64,000 nt of DNA, taken from positions 3,720,480 through 3,784,479 of the forward strand of contig OZ316898.1 in assembly GCA_973895155.1 (NCBI GenBank), written 5' to 3'. The notes under the pieces are model-generated. The model ran no database searches, was not told where the DNA came from, and saw nothing but the letters and a program-made list of their open reading frames with translations. A program made the translations under genes and the position numbers. Source of the stretch: Marsupella aquatica. Its lineage: Eukaryota; Plantae; Marchantiophyta. This document shows positions 11,468 to 24,500 of this stretch, piece by piece. Positions within the stretch are counted from its first letter, which is position 1. Each line of letters starts with the position of its first letter.

Positions 11468-14400
11468 TTACAATATTTGTAAATAATTACAATGCCTTGA
11501 AAAACTATTGGAGTCTAATACTTTGGTAAAAGCATCTGCTGGATTAAGCTTTCCATCAATCTTGACAAGCTCAAATTCATCATCCGATAATGTCTGTCGG
11601 ATGAAATGATAGCGGACATCAATGTGCTTGACCCTGCCATCCATCACCTGATTCTTGGCAGTGTAAATTGCACTTTGACTGTCACAATGAAGATATACAC
11701 ACTCCTATGATAAACCCATCTCCGTGACAAGCTTTTTCAACCAAATGGTCTCTGATGCTGCTTCTACTGCTGCTACATACTCGGCATCCATAGTAGACTT
11801 TGCAACACACTTTTGGAGAGTAGACTTCCAACTAATGCATCCACTAGCAAGTGTAAATATATATCCAGTTGTCGATCTCCTCTTATCCAGATCACCTGCG
11901 TAGTCTACATCCACATAACCTTGAAGCACTTTCATATTGTTTGAACTTGCATCAAACAATAAACCCTTCTTAGTGGAACCTCTGATGTAGCGCAAAATCC
12001 ATTTCACTGCTTCCCAATGAACTTTTCCTGGATTTGCCATGTATCTACTTACCTTGCTAACGGCATAAGCTATGTCTGGTCGGGTGCATACCATGAGATA
12101 CATTAAACTACCCATAGCACTTTCATAAGGAACTTTGGACATCAAACTTTTTTCTGTCGCATCCGATGGACAAAATGTTGCAAAAATATTGAAATGCCTT
12201 GCCAAAGGAACACTCACAGCCTTAGCATCTGCCATGTTGAGTTTTGAGAGTACCTTCTCTGCATATCTTTTCTGCGTCAGCCAAAGTTTGGCTTTGTTAA
12301 CATCCCTGACAATCTCCATGCCTAGGATCCTCTTGGCTGTGCCCAAATCCTTCATCTTAAACTCAGAACTGAGTTGGGCCTTAAGCTTATCAACTTCGTC
12401 CCTATCCTGTGCTGCAATGAGCATGTCATCCACATAAAGTACAAGGATGACAAGCTTAAAACCTGTGTTGTTCACACGCCTTATGTAAACACATGGATCG
12501 TACACGCTTCGCACAAATCCAAACGATTTCAAAAATTCATCAAAACGCTTGTTCCACTGCCTTGGGCTCTGCTTTAATCCATACAAGGATTTTAGCAACC
12601 TGCATACCAAATTTTCCTTGCCCTTTTGCATAAAACCGTCTGGTTGCCTCATGTAAATCACCTCATCCAACGATCCATATAAGAATGCCGTGACAACATC
12701 CATTTGATCTAAAACCAGATCAAATAAAACTACAAGAGCACATAGCAAACGTATTGTTGAATACTTTGCTGCAGGTGAAAAAACCTCATTGTAGTCTATA
12801 CCTTTTTGTTGAGTAAAACCCTTGGCTACCAACCGAGCCTTAAATATTTTCTCAGCATCCTCCGTGGGTCATCTTTCTTCCTATCCACCCACTTGCTGTC
12901 AACAGCCTGCTTGTCACTAGGTAGACTTGTGAGTTCCCAAGTCTTGTTATCATGAAGTGATTTCATTTCTATGCGCATCGCCGCCTGCCACTGTTGCTTC
13001 TCCATAGAAGCTAGGACCTCTCAAAATGAGGATGGATCTCCATCTTCTGTCACCAATGCATCAATAGATTCTTCATCCAAATCCACTTGATTAGAAGAAA
13101 GCCAAGTTCCATACCTTTCCCGGGCTTGACATTTTCGAGTTCCTCTTCGCATTGAAGACTCTAGCTGATCTGATTGTAGTGTGCTTTGCCTTACAGTGGT
13201 GTCAATATATTCGTTATCTGACACATCCTTTCCCCTTATATCCTCTAGAGGAGGAGATTGCTCTTTGTTAGCAGTAGGGAATTGATCTATCTCCCCCTCC
13301 TTGAATGATTTTTCTTCATTGAAGGATACATCCCGACTAACAAATAACTTGCAATCAACTGGATCCCACAACCGATAACCTTTAACTTCACGCTAATAAC
13401 CAAGAAAAATGCATTTTTGGGCTCTAGGATCTAGCTTAGTCCTATTGTTGCTAGGAACATGTGCATATGCTTCACAACCAAAAACCCTAAGCTTTGAATA
13501 ATCAGTAGGTCGATTGTGCCATAGCTCAAAGGGGGTTTTGTAAGTAATTGCCCGACTAGGAGAGAGATTTACTAGATAAGCATCTATGTTGACAGCTTCC
13601 GCCCAAAAGATTTGTGGCAATTTAGAGTGGATCAACATGCTCCTTGCTCGCTCCAACAATGTGCGGTTGAGTCGCTCAACAACACCATTTTGCTCAGGAG
13701 TGTACACAGTTGTGAGATGGTGAGTAATTCCCTTATTTGCACAATACGTGTTGAACTCACCAGAGGTGTATTCACCACCATTATCTGATCGTAGATATCT
13801 CACATTCTTTGTAGTCTGTGTCTCAACTTGAGCTACCCATTGTTTGAAGATGGAAAGCACTTCAAACTTATGGGTAACAAAATAAATCCAAACAAACCTT
13901 GAGTAATCATCGATAAACGATACATAGTATTGTTTGCTTGAATGTGAGGAAACCAGAGCAGGACCCCACACATCGGAATGAATATACTCAAGTACAACTT
14001 TAGAATGATGAATGACAGTCAGAAATGGAGTTCTTGTTTTCTTGCCGACAATGCAATGATCACAAAAACTCAACTTGCATGCTTGCAATCCTGGTAGGAG
14101 ATGTCGCTTGTGTAAGATTTCCAAACTTTTTTCACTCATGTGACCAAGTCGAGCATGCCATAAATTGATTTTCTCCTCCTGAGATGTGACCAAATTGACT
14201 TTGGCGAGAAGTGTGGTGCCTTCCAAGACATAGATGTTTCTTTTCCTCTTGCCAATAAGAACTTCAGTTGATCCATGCGTGACTGTTAACACCCCATCAG
14301 TTGCACTCCATTGATAACCCTTCGCATCCAAGTAGCCAAGAGAAATCAAATTCTTACACATTTCTGGAATGTGTCTGACATTTGATAGAGTACAGTACTT

Positions 14401-15498
14401 GCCAGCGGGTAGTTGAATCTTTACGGATCCAATCCCTAAAACTTTGCAAGAATGATTATTTCCCATCAAAACAAATCCGTTGATAGGAGTGTAGGATGAG
14501 AAAAGTTCACGCATATAGCACATGTGATACGAGCAAGCGGAATCCAAGATCCATTGACAATCCTCAACTTGGGAAGTGGTACACAATGCAAATCCTTCAC
14601 TATCCTCTTCTCGAACAACTACTTGGGCTGAAGAACCGGCAACTTCCTTGAATGTGTCTTTGACGCGACAATCCTTCTTCATGTGGCCCACTTTGTCACA
14701 CTTCCAACACTTTATCTCATGAGTAGACTTGGATGGTGATTTGGATCGAGATCTAGATCTGGATCTAAACCTCCTACCAAAAGATCGGTCATGAAACCTT
14801 CCTCGCTCCATGGGAACTGGGTTAAACCTTTTGTTTTCATGAGATGGCTCCCTTGATTTGCCTCTTTCTACCAACAGTGTTGTTGATGATGAGGTTGAGG
14901 TAGGATGAGCTGAAGAAACCAGCTTAGACTGCATGTCATCGGTCAAGAGGGCACTCACCACATCATTGTAGGATATAGTTATCTTATCACGGAATAGAAG
15001 AACTCGAGACAAAGATTGGTACGAAGGTGGTAGTGAGCTCAAGAGTTGTAAGGCTTTCTTTTCTTCGCTCAAATGCTCCCCCAAATTCTCTAGGTCAACC
15101 ACAAGATCATTGAACTGATCGATATGATCTTGAATCTTGACTCCATCAGCCATTTTGAATTGCATGAGCTTCAGGCTTGCATACATTCGGTTTGACATCT
15201 CCTTCTTGTAGTACTTGTTGCGCAATGCTTGAAACAAGTCCGTCACCGTTTGTGTTGCTTTTTCCTCGAACTGCTTCTTCACATTGTTTTTCAGGTACAT
15301 GCCAACAATACTTACCGCTTGATCCTGGAGATCATGCCAATCATCATCTTCCATCTCCTTGGGTTGAGATCTTAGTACCTTGCCTAGGCCCATCGCCCTA
15401 AGTGCATCCCTCACGTTACGTTCCCACATTGTATAGTCTATCCGACCATCAAATTTTTCCATCTCAAACCTTTGACCTCCAATCCTAGTAGTCGCCAT
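11468..15498 (-). pseudogene. copia gag-pol polyprotein, disrupted by stops and frameshifts
   Basis: Gag zinc knuckle CWKCDKVGHMKKDC, protease WILDSACSYHM, GAG-pre-integrase LWHARLGHMS, integrase HSDVWGP/LRSDNGGEY/VERLNRT, RT YGLKQSPRQW/LYVDDM, RNase H DYAGDLDKRRSTTGY...KHIDVRYH. Stops at 13393, 13021 and 11705, plus frameshifts. Confidence 0.95.
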
Positions 15499-16649
15499 CG
15501 CTGGAATGCCAAATGTAGTGTGGAGTCGCCTTCCGACAAGAAATAAACGTCGAATGCTCAGATGTGGGGTGTGAAAATAAGGCCAAAAATGAAAGTTGGT
15601 GAATTTTGAAACTGATCACTCCTATGTATAGCCCACAAGGTAACGCTCTGAATTTGGAAAATGGTTTGTCAAATGGACTCTCGAGTGCCAAGAATTTTTA
15701 TTCCGACCGGAGGGGGGTAAAAGATGAAATAATTACCCCTCGAGGGAATCTCTTATGCCAAAGATTTCACTAGTATACATTTTCAGAATTGAACGCACCA
15801 ATACTTGCCTAGCTTCCCCAAGTACGCCTCTCCAAAAGTTGAAGTTGATCCGATTTTATTTGCCGCTCGGAATCTTTGACCTTCGGTAAAAATTTAAGCC
15901 TCTGGAAAAGAATCTTTTTGGGAAATTCCGTCCGCCATTGTACAGCCTCTGTGGGGGACTTCACAGGGGGCACTTCCCCCTGCCCGAGCCCTAAAAGGCC
16001 TCCTCGAAGTTTTCAACCTCCTCGCGCATCCGCGGAAGTCGCGACTACTCGCGGTAGAAAGTACCCCTCGGCGGATTCACTCAAATTCCTGTCTCAGTTT
16101 TTGACGAAATCCAATTCTGATTTCAAATTCAGAAATGAGACTTCGAGGGCATCAAGATTGATATAAAGAACTCGCAAAACAGTGGAGTAATGAGGGAGAA
16201 ACAATTCGGTGAAAGTGACTGATATTAAGTTATCCGCCATAGCCAAAATTTCGAGCTCAAAAAATGAGAATTGAAATTAAGATTGCTTCTCAACCGTTTG
16301 ACGGAATTCAACGATGTTGATATCGAAACGTCTAGAAAGACAAGGCACTCAAGCGTATCTTAATTTCAAGTCCTGATAGAACAATCAAAAAGACTGATCT
16401 GAGAAATTGACCTTATCTCTTGCCCGATAACGTAAATTGAAAACTGTCACTTACAATTGTTTCCGTTTCTGACCTCAGGCCTTCATTGCTTCACTGAAAT
16501 GAGCCCCTGGTTGTGTGCTCCACACTTGTGAGAAGATTGAGTCCGATCTTCTTTCAATAGCTCCGCTTCGAAGAGGAAATCATCCGCTGTTCGCTTTGCT
16601 TGAAGCAAGTTCTATGGAGTTCCTAATCGACCGGAAAAAAAAACCTGAT

Positions 16650-16660
16650 CTCTGATACCA
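16650..16660 (-). other. Primer binding site, initiator Met-tRNA
   Basis: Reverse complement of CTCTGATACCA is TGGTATCAGAG, 2 nt from the LTR. Confidence 0.92.
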
Positions 16661-16662
16661 AT

Positions 16663-16986
16663 TGTGGGGAGAAATCAGATCAGGGAAAACACTCCAAACA
16701 TACACGTGCTCAATAGTTACGTGGTTCGCCTCAAGGTTGGCTACGTCCACGGGAAGACCAAGCTTTATTAACAGTTATGTGTCTACTCAAGCATCACCAT
16801 AGCTCTCATCTCTTCAAGCTCTCATCTCTTGCTATATCATTGTGTTCTCTCTAAGGAACTCTCTTGTGTGTTCTCACACCACATACAAGTTGAAGAGATA
16901 AGGACCAATCTCTTCAACTAGGGTTTACTCTAACCCTAGTTAACATACTAACCATAGTTCAACCCAAGACTGAGTTAACCTCTACA
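16663..16986 (-). repeat. 5' LTR of copia element 1
   Basis: TGT...ACA termini, followed on the minus strand by the PBS TGGTATCAGAG. Confidence 0.95.
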
Positions 16987-16988
16987 AT

Positions 16989-17076
16989 TTCCGCATTACA
17001 TGCGGCAATGCAAAGCAGAGTTCCGCAATACATGCGGCAATGGGAAGCAAAGTTCCGCATTACATGCGGCAATGCG
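16989..17076. repeat. Three 32-bp repeats with palindromic core CCGCAT-TAC-ATGCGG in the Harbinger left subterminal region
   Basis: TTCCGCA(T/A)TACATGCGGCAATG occurs three times. It lies ~230 bp from the left TIR once the copia is removed. Confidence 0.8.
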
Positions 17077-18005
17077 AAAACAACATAACGTGAAAGTGCC
17101 TTGCTCAACCTCACTCGTTTCTGCTTGCTTCCTACTGTTTGGTCACTGCCGTTGCTCCTTGCCTCTGCAAAGTTCCGTTGCGCTGCTGCCTTGAATCACA
17201 ACATGCGCTCATGCCTTGATAGCTGCCTCGATACTTCATTGGAATTGTTGATGTTTGCTCACTGCCGCTGCTTCGTTCCTTTGCTTTGCTCATTGTCGCG
17301 CGCTGCTTCATTCCTTTGCGCTGCAGCTCAGTTGTACATGGGCTGACAAATCTGAATTGGACTTGCACTCATGCTCACAGAGCACTGCTCGATACCGGAC
17401 TGCTGCCCTCAATGGAAATCGTCAAGAACTCACTAGGATTGCTCCTTGCTGACTTCGTGTCCTTCGTCTTTCCTTAACGGTTGGTGCCAACATTTGATTC
17501 CAGCCACAAAATTTCTGGGAGGAGACTACTAGCCGTTCACACCTGATCGAAGCAAAGCTAATGTCAATGTTGCGACCTCTATGAAGCAGCAAGTACTGTA
17601 AAGCAAGGACTTACAAAGAATTCCTCACAATCCTTGCTTATAGTGTTTCGAGTGTCACCTAACAATTCCTAACAGAATCTATGTCTACACTTGTCAGGTA
17701 CTATTTTCTTTCGAACCTGTATATAGTAGAGTGTAGGTATTTTACAGACATACAAAGGATGAGTATATGTCCTAAGCTTTCCTTACTTTGATATGTACTT
17801 TACAGAAATTCAGTGGTTACTTTGTATGCATGCACATCGATGCTCACAAAAATTAACTTCACTCTTTGCTACTCCTTACACTTGTGTATGTCTAATTAAT
17901 TGGTTCACTCATTTATTACCCTCAATTTCTCTCTTGACTTTTGACATGTTCTTTCCATTAAATGACTATTGTGCAGGGCTTTTGAGTTCGGACTGTTTTG
18001 AAGCA

Positions 18006-19366
18006 ATGGTGCTCTCAAATGAGGAATGGGAAATAATACTGTCCATTATTGTTGCTCTCCATCAACTGCTCTTGCTGCAACTGCAATTGGCCACTCTGGT
18101 TGCCACCGATTCTTTACCACATAGACTGGTGCAGGATGACAACGGTACACAATTTGCAAATTTATTTCGACTCTTTCAAACTATTCAACATGCATTTTAC
18201 AGAGATTATCATCATATCTCTGGGAATTACATTGAACCTAGGTCAAGAGAGTGGAGCGGCTGGTATTTGATGCATGTCATCGAGCAGGATCCTGTTCGTT
18301 TCAAATATTTGTTTTGAGTGTCACCGACAACATTCATGTACATTTGTGACCTGGTTAGAGAAGACATGACAACGAATCCACCACTCGGCCTCCGCAATTT
18401 GATGAACAGGACATTGTCCGTTGAGCGTCAGGTTGCCATAGCCCTACGACGGGTTTCCAGTGGGTGTTTGCTACTGACACTTTTAGAGATGTTTGGCGTT
18501 TCCGTCCCATGCATATATCAGATGTTGTTTGACAATTTGTTAGGGCTTTAATTGTGTGAGGCAGAGGGCAACATTTGAGTTGGCCGCAAGGAGAGGCCAT
18601 GGCAAGGGTAAAAGAAGAATTTTGCCAATTGCAAGGATTCCCAAATTGTTGTGGTGCCATTGATGCCACTCATTTTCAAGTGGAGTTACCTCTTGGAACA
18701 AATTCTGTTGATTATCGTGATTACAAACATGGTCAGAGCATTTCCATGCAAGCAGTCTGTGATAGTCATCTTCGATTTTTGGATGTTTTTTCAAGATGGC
18801 CTGGCAGCATTCAAGACTCTCGCCTTCTACAGGTGTCTGGTTTTTTTAGTGATGTTATGGAATATCACACAAAACTCTCCGGTCCGGTATTTACTTCTCC
18901 AACCGGATTCAGTACAAGGGAGTACATTATTGGAGATTCTGGTTACCCTGCTTATCCCTGGTTGCTTAACCCTTTTCCTGCTACAACAAAGCCTAGTCGC
19001 AAAAGACACTTTAATTATATGTTGAGCTCGACTAGGATGTGCGTGGAACGAGCTTTTGGGCAATTGAAGAATTGTTGGAGATTTATTTCACGCAAAATGT
19101 ATAGGCCATCTCCTTATCGACTAGCGCACTATATTACTTGTGCATGTATTCTTCATAATATTTGTATTGACCATGGAGATGTGTACGATCCAGCTTGGGG
19201 GATAGATCCAGACCCTCCTTATGAACCTAGAGGGCCCCCTGCTGCACATCATAATTACGATAATGGGCGTAGATATCGCATTGCAATGATGGATCATTTG
19301 TTGCCAGAGATAGAGTGGGAGGAACAACAAAGGCGTAATGCTGCCCCTAGAGATCATAGATTGTGA
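18006..19366 (+). pseudogene. Harbinger/PIF DDE transposase (HARBI1/DDE_Tnp_4-like)
   Basis: Motifs FKYLF*VS, LSVERQVAIAL, CCGAIDATH, WPGSIQDS, IIGDSGYP, FNYMLSSTRMCVERAFGQLK, ACILHNIC. In-frame TGA at 18315 and a frameshift/stop near 18510-18560. Confidence 0.93.
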
Positions 19367-19511
19367 TCACTTATGTTTTCACACATGTTTAAGGAAAATT
19401 TGAAATAAAATTTGTGATTGAAATGTGCATCAAAGTGTCATCAAAGATTGTACATAGTTTCATGTCACTCTCAATTCAAGCACTGTCTACACAAACCAAA
19501 CAAATGCTACT

Positions 19512-20626
19512 TCATTGTGAAGGCCATGAAGAACTTGCAAGATTCTCCATCAGGACCTCAGTCAAACGTGTTATCTGCTCGGTTGTTGTCGTCATTGCTG
19601 TAGCCAAAGTCCTCTCTTGTCGCTCTCGGACCTGACACTCACGTTTTTGGATTTCACACTCACGTTCTTGGATGTGAGAATTGTGTTCACGAATTTCATA
19701 GTTGCGCTTGGCCAAGGAAGCCATGTCAACACAACTGTTGGCCATGGTTTTGAACTGCCCTTGCCTATCATTGCCAGACTTGAATGCCTTTCGCTTCACG
19801 CCTCTCTTGCTTGGGCCAGAAAAGTCCTGAGGGGATGATGGTTGTCTCACTCCATCAGTATTGTTGGTGTTCCCTTGTGCACTTTGTTGCGTTGGCCTTG
19901 CACAATCAGCCTGGCTAGCATGTACAGACCTATCTTCATCAACGTCATCTTCATGATCACCTGCAAAACACAAAACTTGCTGCATTCAATAAAAAAAAGA
20001 CGGTAGTAAAGAAATTTAACTCATAAACTAAAGATAGATACATTGTCTTGGGTAGCAAAGCACTTGTAGAGGTGAGAGTAAAAACTATCTTACTTTCTGA
20101 CGACAAAATTAATGGATCCTCCTGGGGGTTTTGGTCCATCGAAGAAATGTCAGATAAGAATTGTTTAGGTGGAGTAATGTGCGGAATATCTGCATACCAC
20201 TCCATCATTGTCTCATACAAATCAATAGAGAAATTAGTGGGAAATCTCTTTTTGCGTCGCAACTTGTCATCCACATGTTGAAGTAGGAAATTTGCCCAGT
20301 TTTCTGCAAATTCTCATAGTCATAAATCTTTTTGAACTTGCTGTCAATGAGCTGCCACTTCTTCTTACAACTGTTGTGATCTCGAATAGGATTAGTGCAC
20401 CCCTCATCCTCCATAAATTTTGCCACTGCTTTCCATTTTAACTTAGTGCTGGTCATCTTCTGCTGAGTGGAGCCCCCAATACAACAGTATGGTACTCATT
20501 TTGTTTTGCTGCAATAAGAGCCTTCATCTCTGTGTCAGTCCAATCTGACAACTTACTCTTTCCTTGAGGTTGTGATGCACCTTGCCATGAAGTTGTGCCT
20601 TGACCACTCTGGTTTTGGCTTGTCAT
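19512..20626 (-). pseudogene. Harbinger Myb/SANT (trihelix-like) DNA-binding protein
   Basis: WTDTEMKALI...KWKAVAKFM...RDHNSCKKKWQLIDSKFKKIYDYE tryptophan pattern. Frameshifts at ~20455 and ~20275. A GT-AG intron at 19961-20093 joins in frame to an acidic/coiled-coil last exon. Confidence 0.88.
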
Positions 20627-20971
20627 TTGAAAGCCAAAAAACAATATGCAAATTACTTTGTCAAAAAGTTACAAAACTAATGGATAAAAAAAACAAATTG
20701 AGTCTCTGAAACATATGTAGAAGCAAACATACAAATTCCCAAACCACAAGAGTGTTTGAAAAAAACATCATTGCAAATTAAAACCATGGACTTTACTACT
20801 CATTCAAATTTTGCCAAAAGTTGTCGAAGCAAAGTTATCCCCAAAGTTACAATTATCAAAATACTCCAAAATGGTACATAGAAAGAACATTGTAAATACT
20901 AGGTCTTATGAGTATAACCCTCTATGTATCTAACTTTGAGGTTTCTTTTTAGCAAGGTAGTGCTTCTCCAA

Positions 20972-21527
20972 TCAAGGCCCAAGGTCTAGAGAATCATTAT
21001 CCAAGCAAACTTTTTTTCTACATCTCACAGGAATAGCATCTCGGTCATGAGTTGATGGTCCTGTACTATTTGACACGTATGATGTATCTATTGCATTAAA
21101 TGGAATTTTTCCATCCAACACATGTGTTTGTCCTGAATCTATCCTCCGGGAAATAAACCTTGAAAGGTTAGGAGAAATAGGAACTAAAGGTTCTCGTGCT
21201 ACTTTCACAACTTTTCTCTCTCGTACATTCTCAAAAAAGTCTGGTTTGTGCTTCTGTCCTCTCCTCTGTAGGATCTGAATAGCCTCAAATTGCAAGCCTT
21301 CCAAGGTCTTGTTGTCTCTATGAACCTGCTGATTTTCCGCTATCTCGTGCTTCAGTTGTTGGGTCTCTGTACCCAGGGTTTTGGAGTTTGACACCTCCTT
21401 CAACAAGGCAGGCCATAGCTCCTCACAAAACATTGACTCCATGTGAGTGAAGTATTCTTTTGCCTCTTTACACTTTTCCAAAATAATACGTCTTAGCAAG
21501 ATCCTTCAAGTTATCTCTGCTAGCCAT
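20972..21527 (-). pseudogene. Extra ORF of unknown function inside the Harbinger (third gene or upstream exon)
   Basis: 175-codon open frame. An ATG at 21527 is one frameshift away and follows a pyrimidine tract and CAG acceptor ending at 21544. Confidence 0.5.
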
Positions 21528-24500
21528 TGTGTCCAACCTGACCCTGAAAGGAAAAACCAAATTTGACACTAAAATTTTCATGAATAGTTTAATATATGGC
21601 CTGCTCGGTATGTACAAGGTTGGTGCATACAAGTACTAATAATTCGTGCACAAGTCTGTCTACCTACCACAAAGGCAAAGAGTAGTCACAAACTACAATT
21701 GTGCACTCCTTGTCAGTTTTGAACTAAATTTTTTGCCTTCTAGTACATGGCCAATTTTACAAGTACTGTTACAGTTTGGATTATTTACTCTCTCCTAGTG
21801 AAACTTGTCTATGAACGCGAGTAGAGAGTATAGTCGGGATTCTGGTCTCTGCAGTACTAATCGGGGCCCAAAGCAGTTCACGGAATGAAAGGCATTGAAG
21901 TCTATGACTTCATAGACTCTCCACGTAAATGATCGAGTTCCAGTCGAAAGCAAGGAAGTGAGATGAAGTGAAGTGAAGACAGGAAGCGAACGGAAAGGAA
22001 AGGAAAGGGAAGGAAGGAAGGAACACCAACGACGCAGCGCAGCTGGGTCTGCTGCTGCTGCTGCCTCAGGGCTTTACTGAGAGAGCTGAAATTTTTCAAC
22101 CATATATGTGTGATGCAAGAGCCTAACAATTCTACAGTGCTATCAAACAGAAATCAGGATCGAATTGAATGTCGCTGCAAACATTCAATGTGATGGCGAA
22201 ATTCATTACTTCACATGCGGAGCTTCGTATATGACAGAAACACAGGGATCTCCAAACCTTGGTTCTTAGATCGAGTCCACAGCAAATCGTTGGCTCCTGG
22301 ATGATTGACGATGTTCTCCACAGACTATCCTGCACCGGGTGCTATGTTGACGTACAATGCTCTTCTTGCCAATCGCAAATTGTTGATGCAATAATGCTGA
22401 CAGCCTTCCCGAGATTCAATTCACATGAGAACTCAATTCGCAGCCTTCAATCGATTGCGTTTTTCACCTTCAATTTGCAGCCTGTCTGTGTATTTCTACG
22501 TCCGTGAAGGTGAGCGATCATGTCTCGACAACCATATGCAGGGGCTCCTGGTGTTTGCAGGGCGAACACCAGGGGTGGGGAGCAGGTGCACAGTAAACTC
22601 GTCAAGAAGTCGGTGTGCAACACGTGTATCCTGTGCCATTTTGTTTTATTATCAGTTTAAAGTTCGGGACCTCAAGGGCCGGAAAATTTCCGACCCTTGC
22701 CCTTGCAAATCCAGTAAACAAGCCGTCACGACTGCCGGTCTGTCGCTTCATGTACAAATGCCACGGGTTCATTTAAGGGTCGGAACATTCAGGACCTTGC
22801 ACATGCAAGACGGCCCTAAGAAGTTTGAATTTCCAAACCTTTATGGGTGAGAACCTATATGAAAACCTAACCCTTGACAAGTACACTACAATACCTTTTC
22901 ATATTCCGTCCTGGCCAAAAGTAAGGTTCACTCACAAGAATTACCTGTGACATCAAAATGACCCCTGGGTCAAACCTCCTTGGAGAATAATTAAGTATGC
23001 TAACTGTGGTTAAACCACACCTTCCCATATAAAAGCTTGTATAATAGGCCCCATTCTATGCTGGCGACTGCTCATTCCTGCCCCGCAGGAACAATACTCA
23101 TCATAAAAAGTGAAGCCCAAGTCTATTCCTAGTGAAACGAATTGTGTGCACTATATGATGAGAGTTATGGGTAACCCGTGGCTCTTATACAGGTAATTGT
23201 TTTATAGCTCTCATTATAGCTATCTGGCATCTGGCTATACTCTAAGCATACTTTTCTTTTGCTTTTAGTGTGAGCAGAGATGAAAGCAGACCATAAAATG
23301 ATCTAGCATTTTTATCAGTCTTCAGACCCAAAATTAAGGATGAGATCACTAGAGAAACAACTTTTACTATCCAAAACTCGACCAGATTACGTGAGTGTCC
23401 CATTCAGGTTTTCTAAGGAGGATACACTGTCTTACAGATTACATTAGTGTCCCATTCAGGTTTTCTCAGGAGGATACACTGTCTTACTGATGCAAAGTTT
23501 GTGTCCTCTATATTTTGTGCCTCACAAACTGGCGCCGCCAGGATTTCCAAATGCTTTGTTTCAACCACAGTTCCTGGAAGGGTTCGAATCTGACTGCTAT
23601 GGTAACAAATTAGGTGTTAAGACCTAGTACGCTCTTCACACTATACCATACAAGACAACACAGACTATTTGGTCGAACAAAGGGTGGAATGGAGATTCTG
23701 CTCTTTGGCCTGGAGAATTTATTGGTTTGTCATGGTCTCTACTACATATGCAAACTTCGTTGCCTCATTGAATGGCAGCGGGAGAGTCATCTGCCAGAGC
23801 TAGTACATTTTGTGAGATGTTGTTCTTCCTTCATGCGTATACCCCAGCAAACTTCCTTTTACGTCGTTAACCACGTCATACCAAGACCTTGTTCTACAGA
23901 TCGCTTCATCACAGTATGTTGCCTCAAACGACAATCCACAATGGTCATTTGTTGCACACTGAACAACGTTACCCAGACTACCACAACATCTATGTACCCT
24001 GTTCTGGATGGCCATATTAACGTTGTTTAGGAAATTGTAAATTACAATGCATTTGACGTCGCATGAGAGATGACAGTATCTAACCCGAGCTAGATACTGT
24101 ATCTCTGACGCTGTTAGAAGGGATTACATATTTTGATGGGTCTAAATGGACGACATTTCCAAGGACGTTTGTCCAGTTTATCCTACCAAAAGGGATTATT
24201 TACTTGTGCCGAGACAAGGTTCACTAAATAAACATTCAACTGTTCATGGTTCATAACGCCTTCAAAACTATGACAGATTTAAAGTTGTTATTCACCTGAT
24301 AAGACGTGAAAGGACATGGAATATTAACCTGTCCACAAACTTAGTTTTTTTAGTCCTACAATAAAAAATTAATTGGAATGAAAACAATTGTGTAGCTGGA
24401 AGGAAATTGAAGCAAGGATGGACCTCCTTCCCCTCCATTCCCCTCCATTGGTATAACACTTGAATTGATATAACACTTGCTGGGAAGGTCTTTCCAAATC

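Larger units (their letters stand above)
10950..16986 (-). mobile_element. Full-length Ty1/copia LTR retrotransposon (Tnt1/Tork-like by inference), nested in the Harbinger
   Basis: 324-bp LTRs at 16663-16986 (5') and 10950-11273 (3'). Perfect 5-bp TSD ATTTC at 10945-10949 and 16987-16991. Met-tRNA PBS, PPT, and gag-PR-INT-RT-RH domain order. Confidence 0.97.
10722..22816 (+). mobile_element. PIF/Harbinger DNA transposon (~6 kb excluding the nested copia), defective
   Basis: Left TIR GGGCTGTCTTGCATGTGCAAGAGTCCTG (10722-10749) matches the reverse complement of the right end, GGGCCGTCTTGCATGTGCAAGGTCCTG (ends 22816). TAA TSD at 10719-10721 and 22817-22819. Internal DDE transposase plus convergent Myb/SANT gene. 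Confidence 0.93.

Noticed and set aside
23386-23490. 52-bp tandem duplication (also 87 bp at 8861-9030 and 20 bp at ~34480)
   Set aside because: Ordinary local duplications with no further structure.
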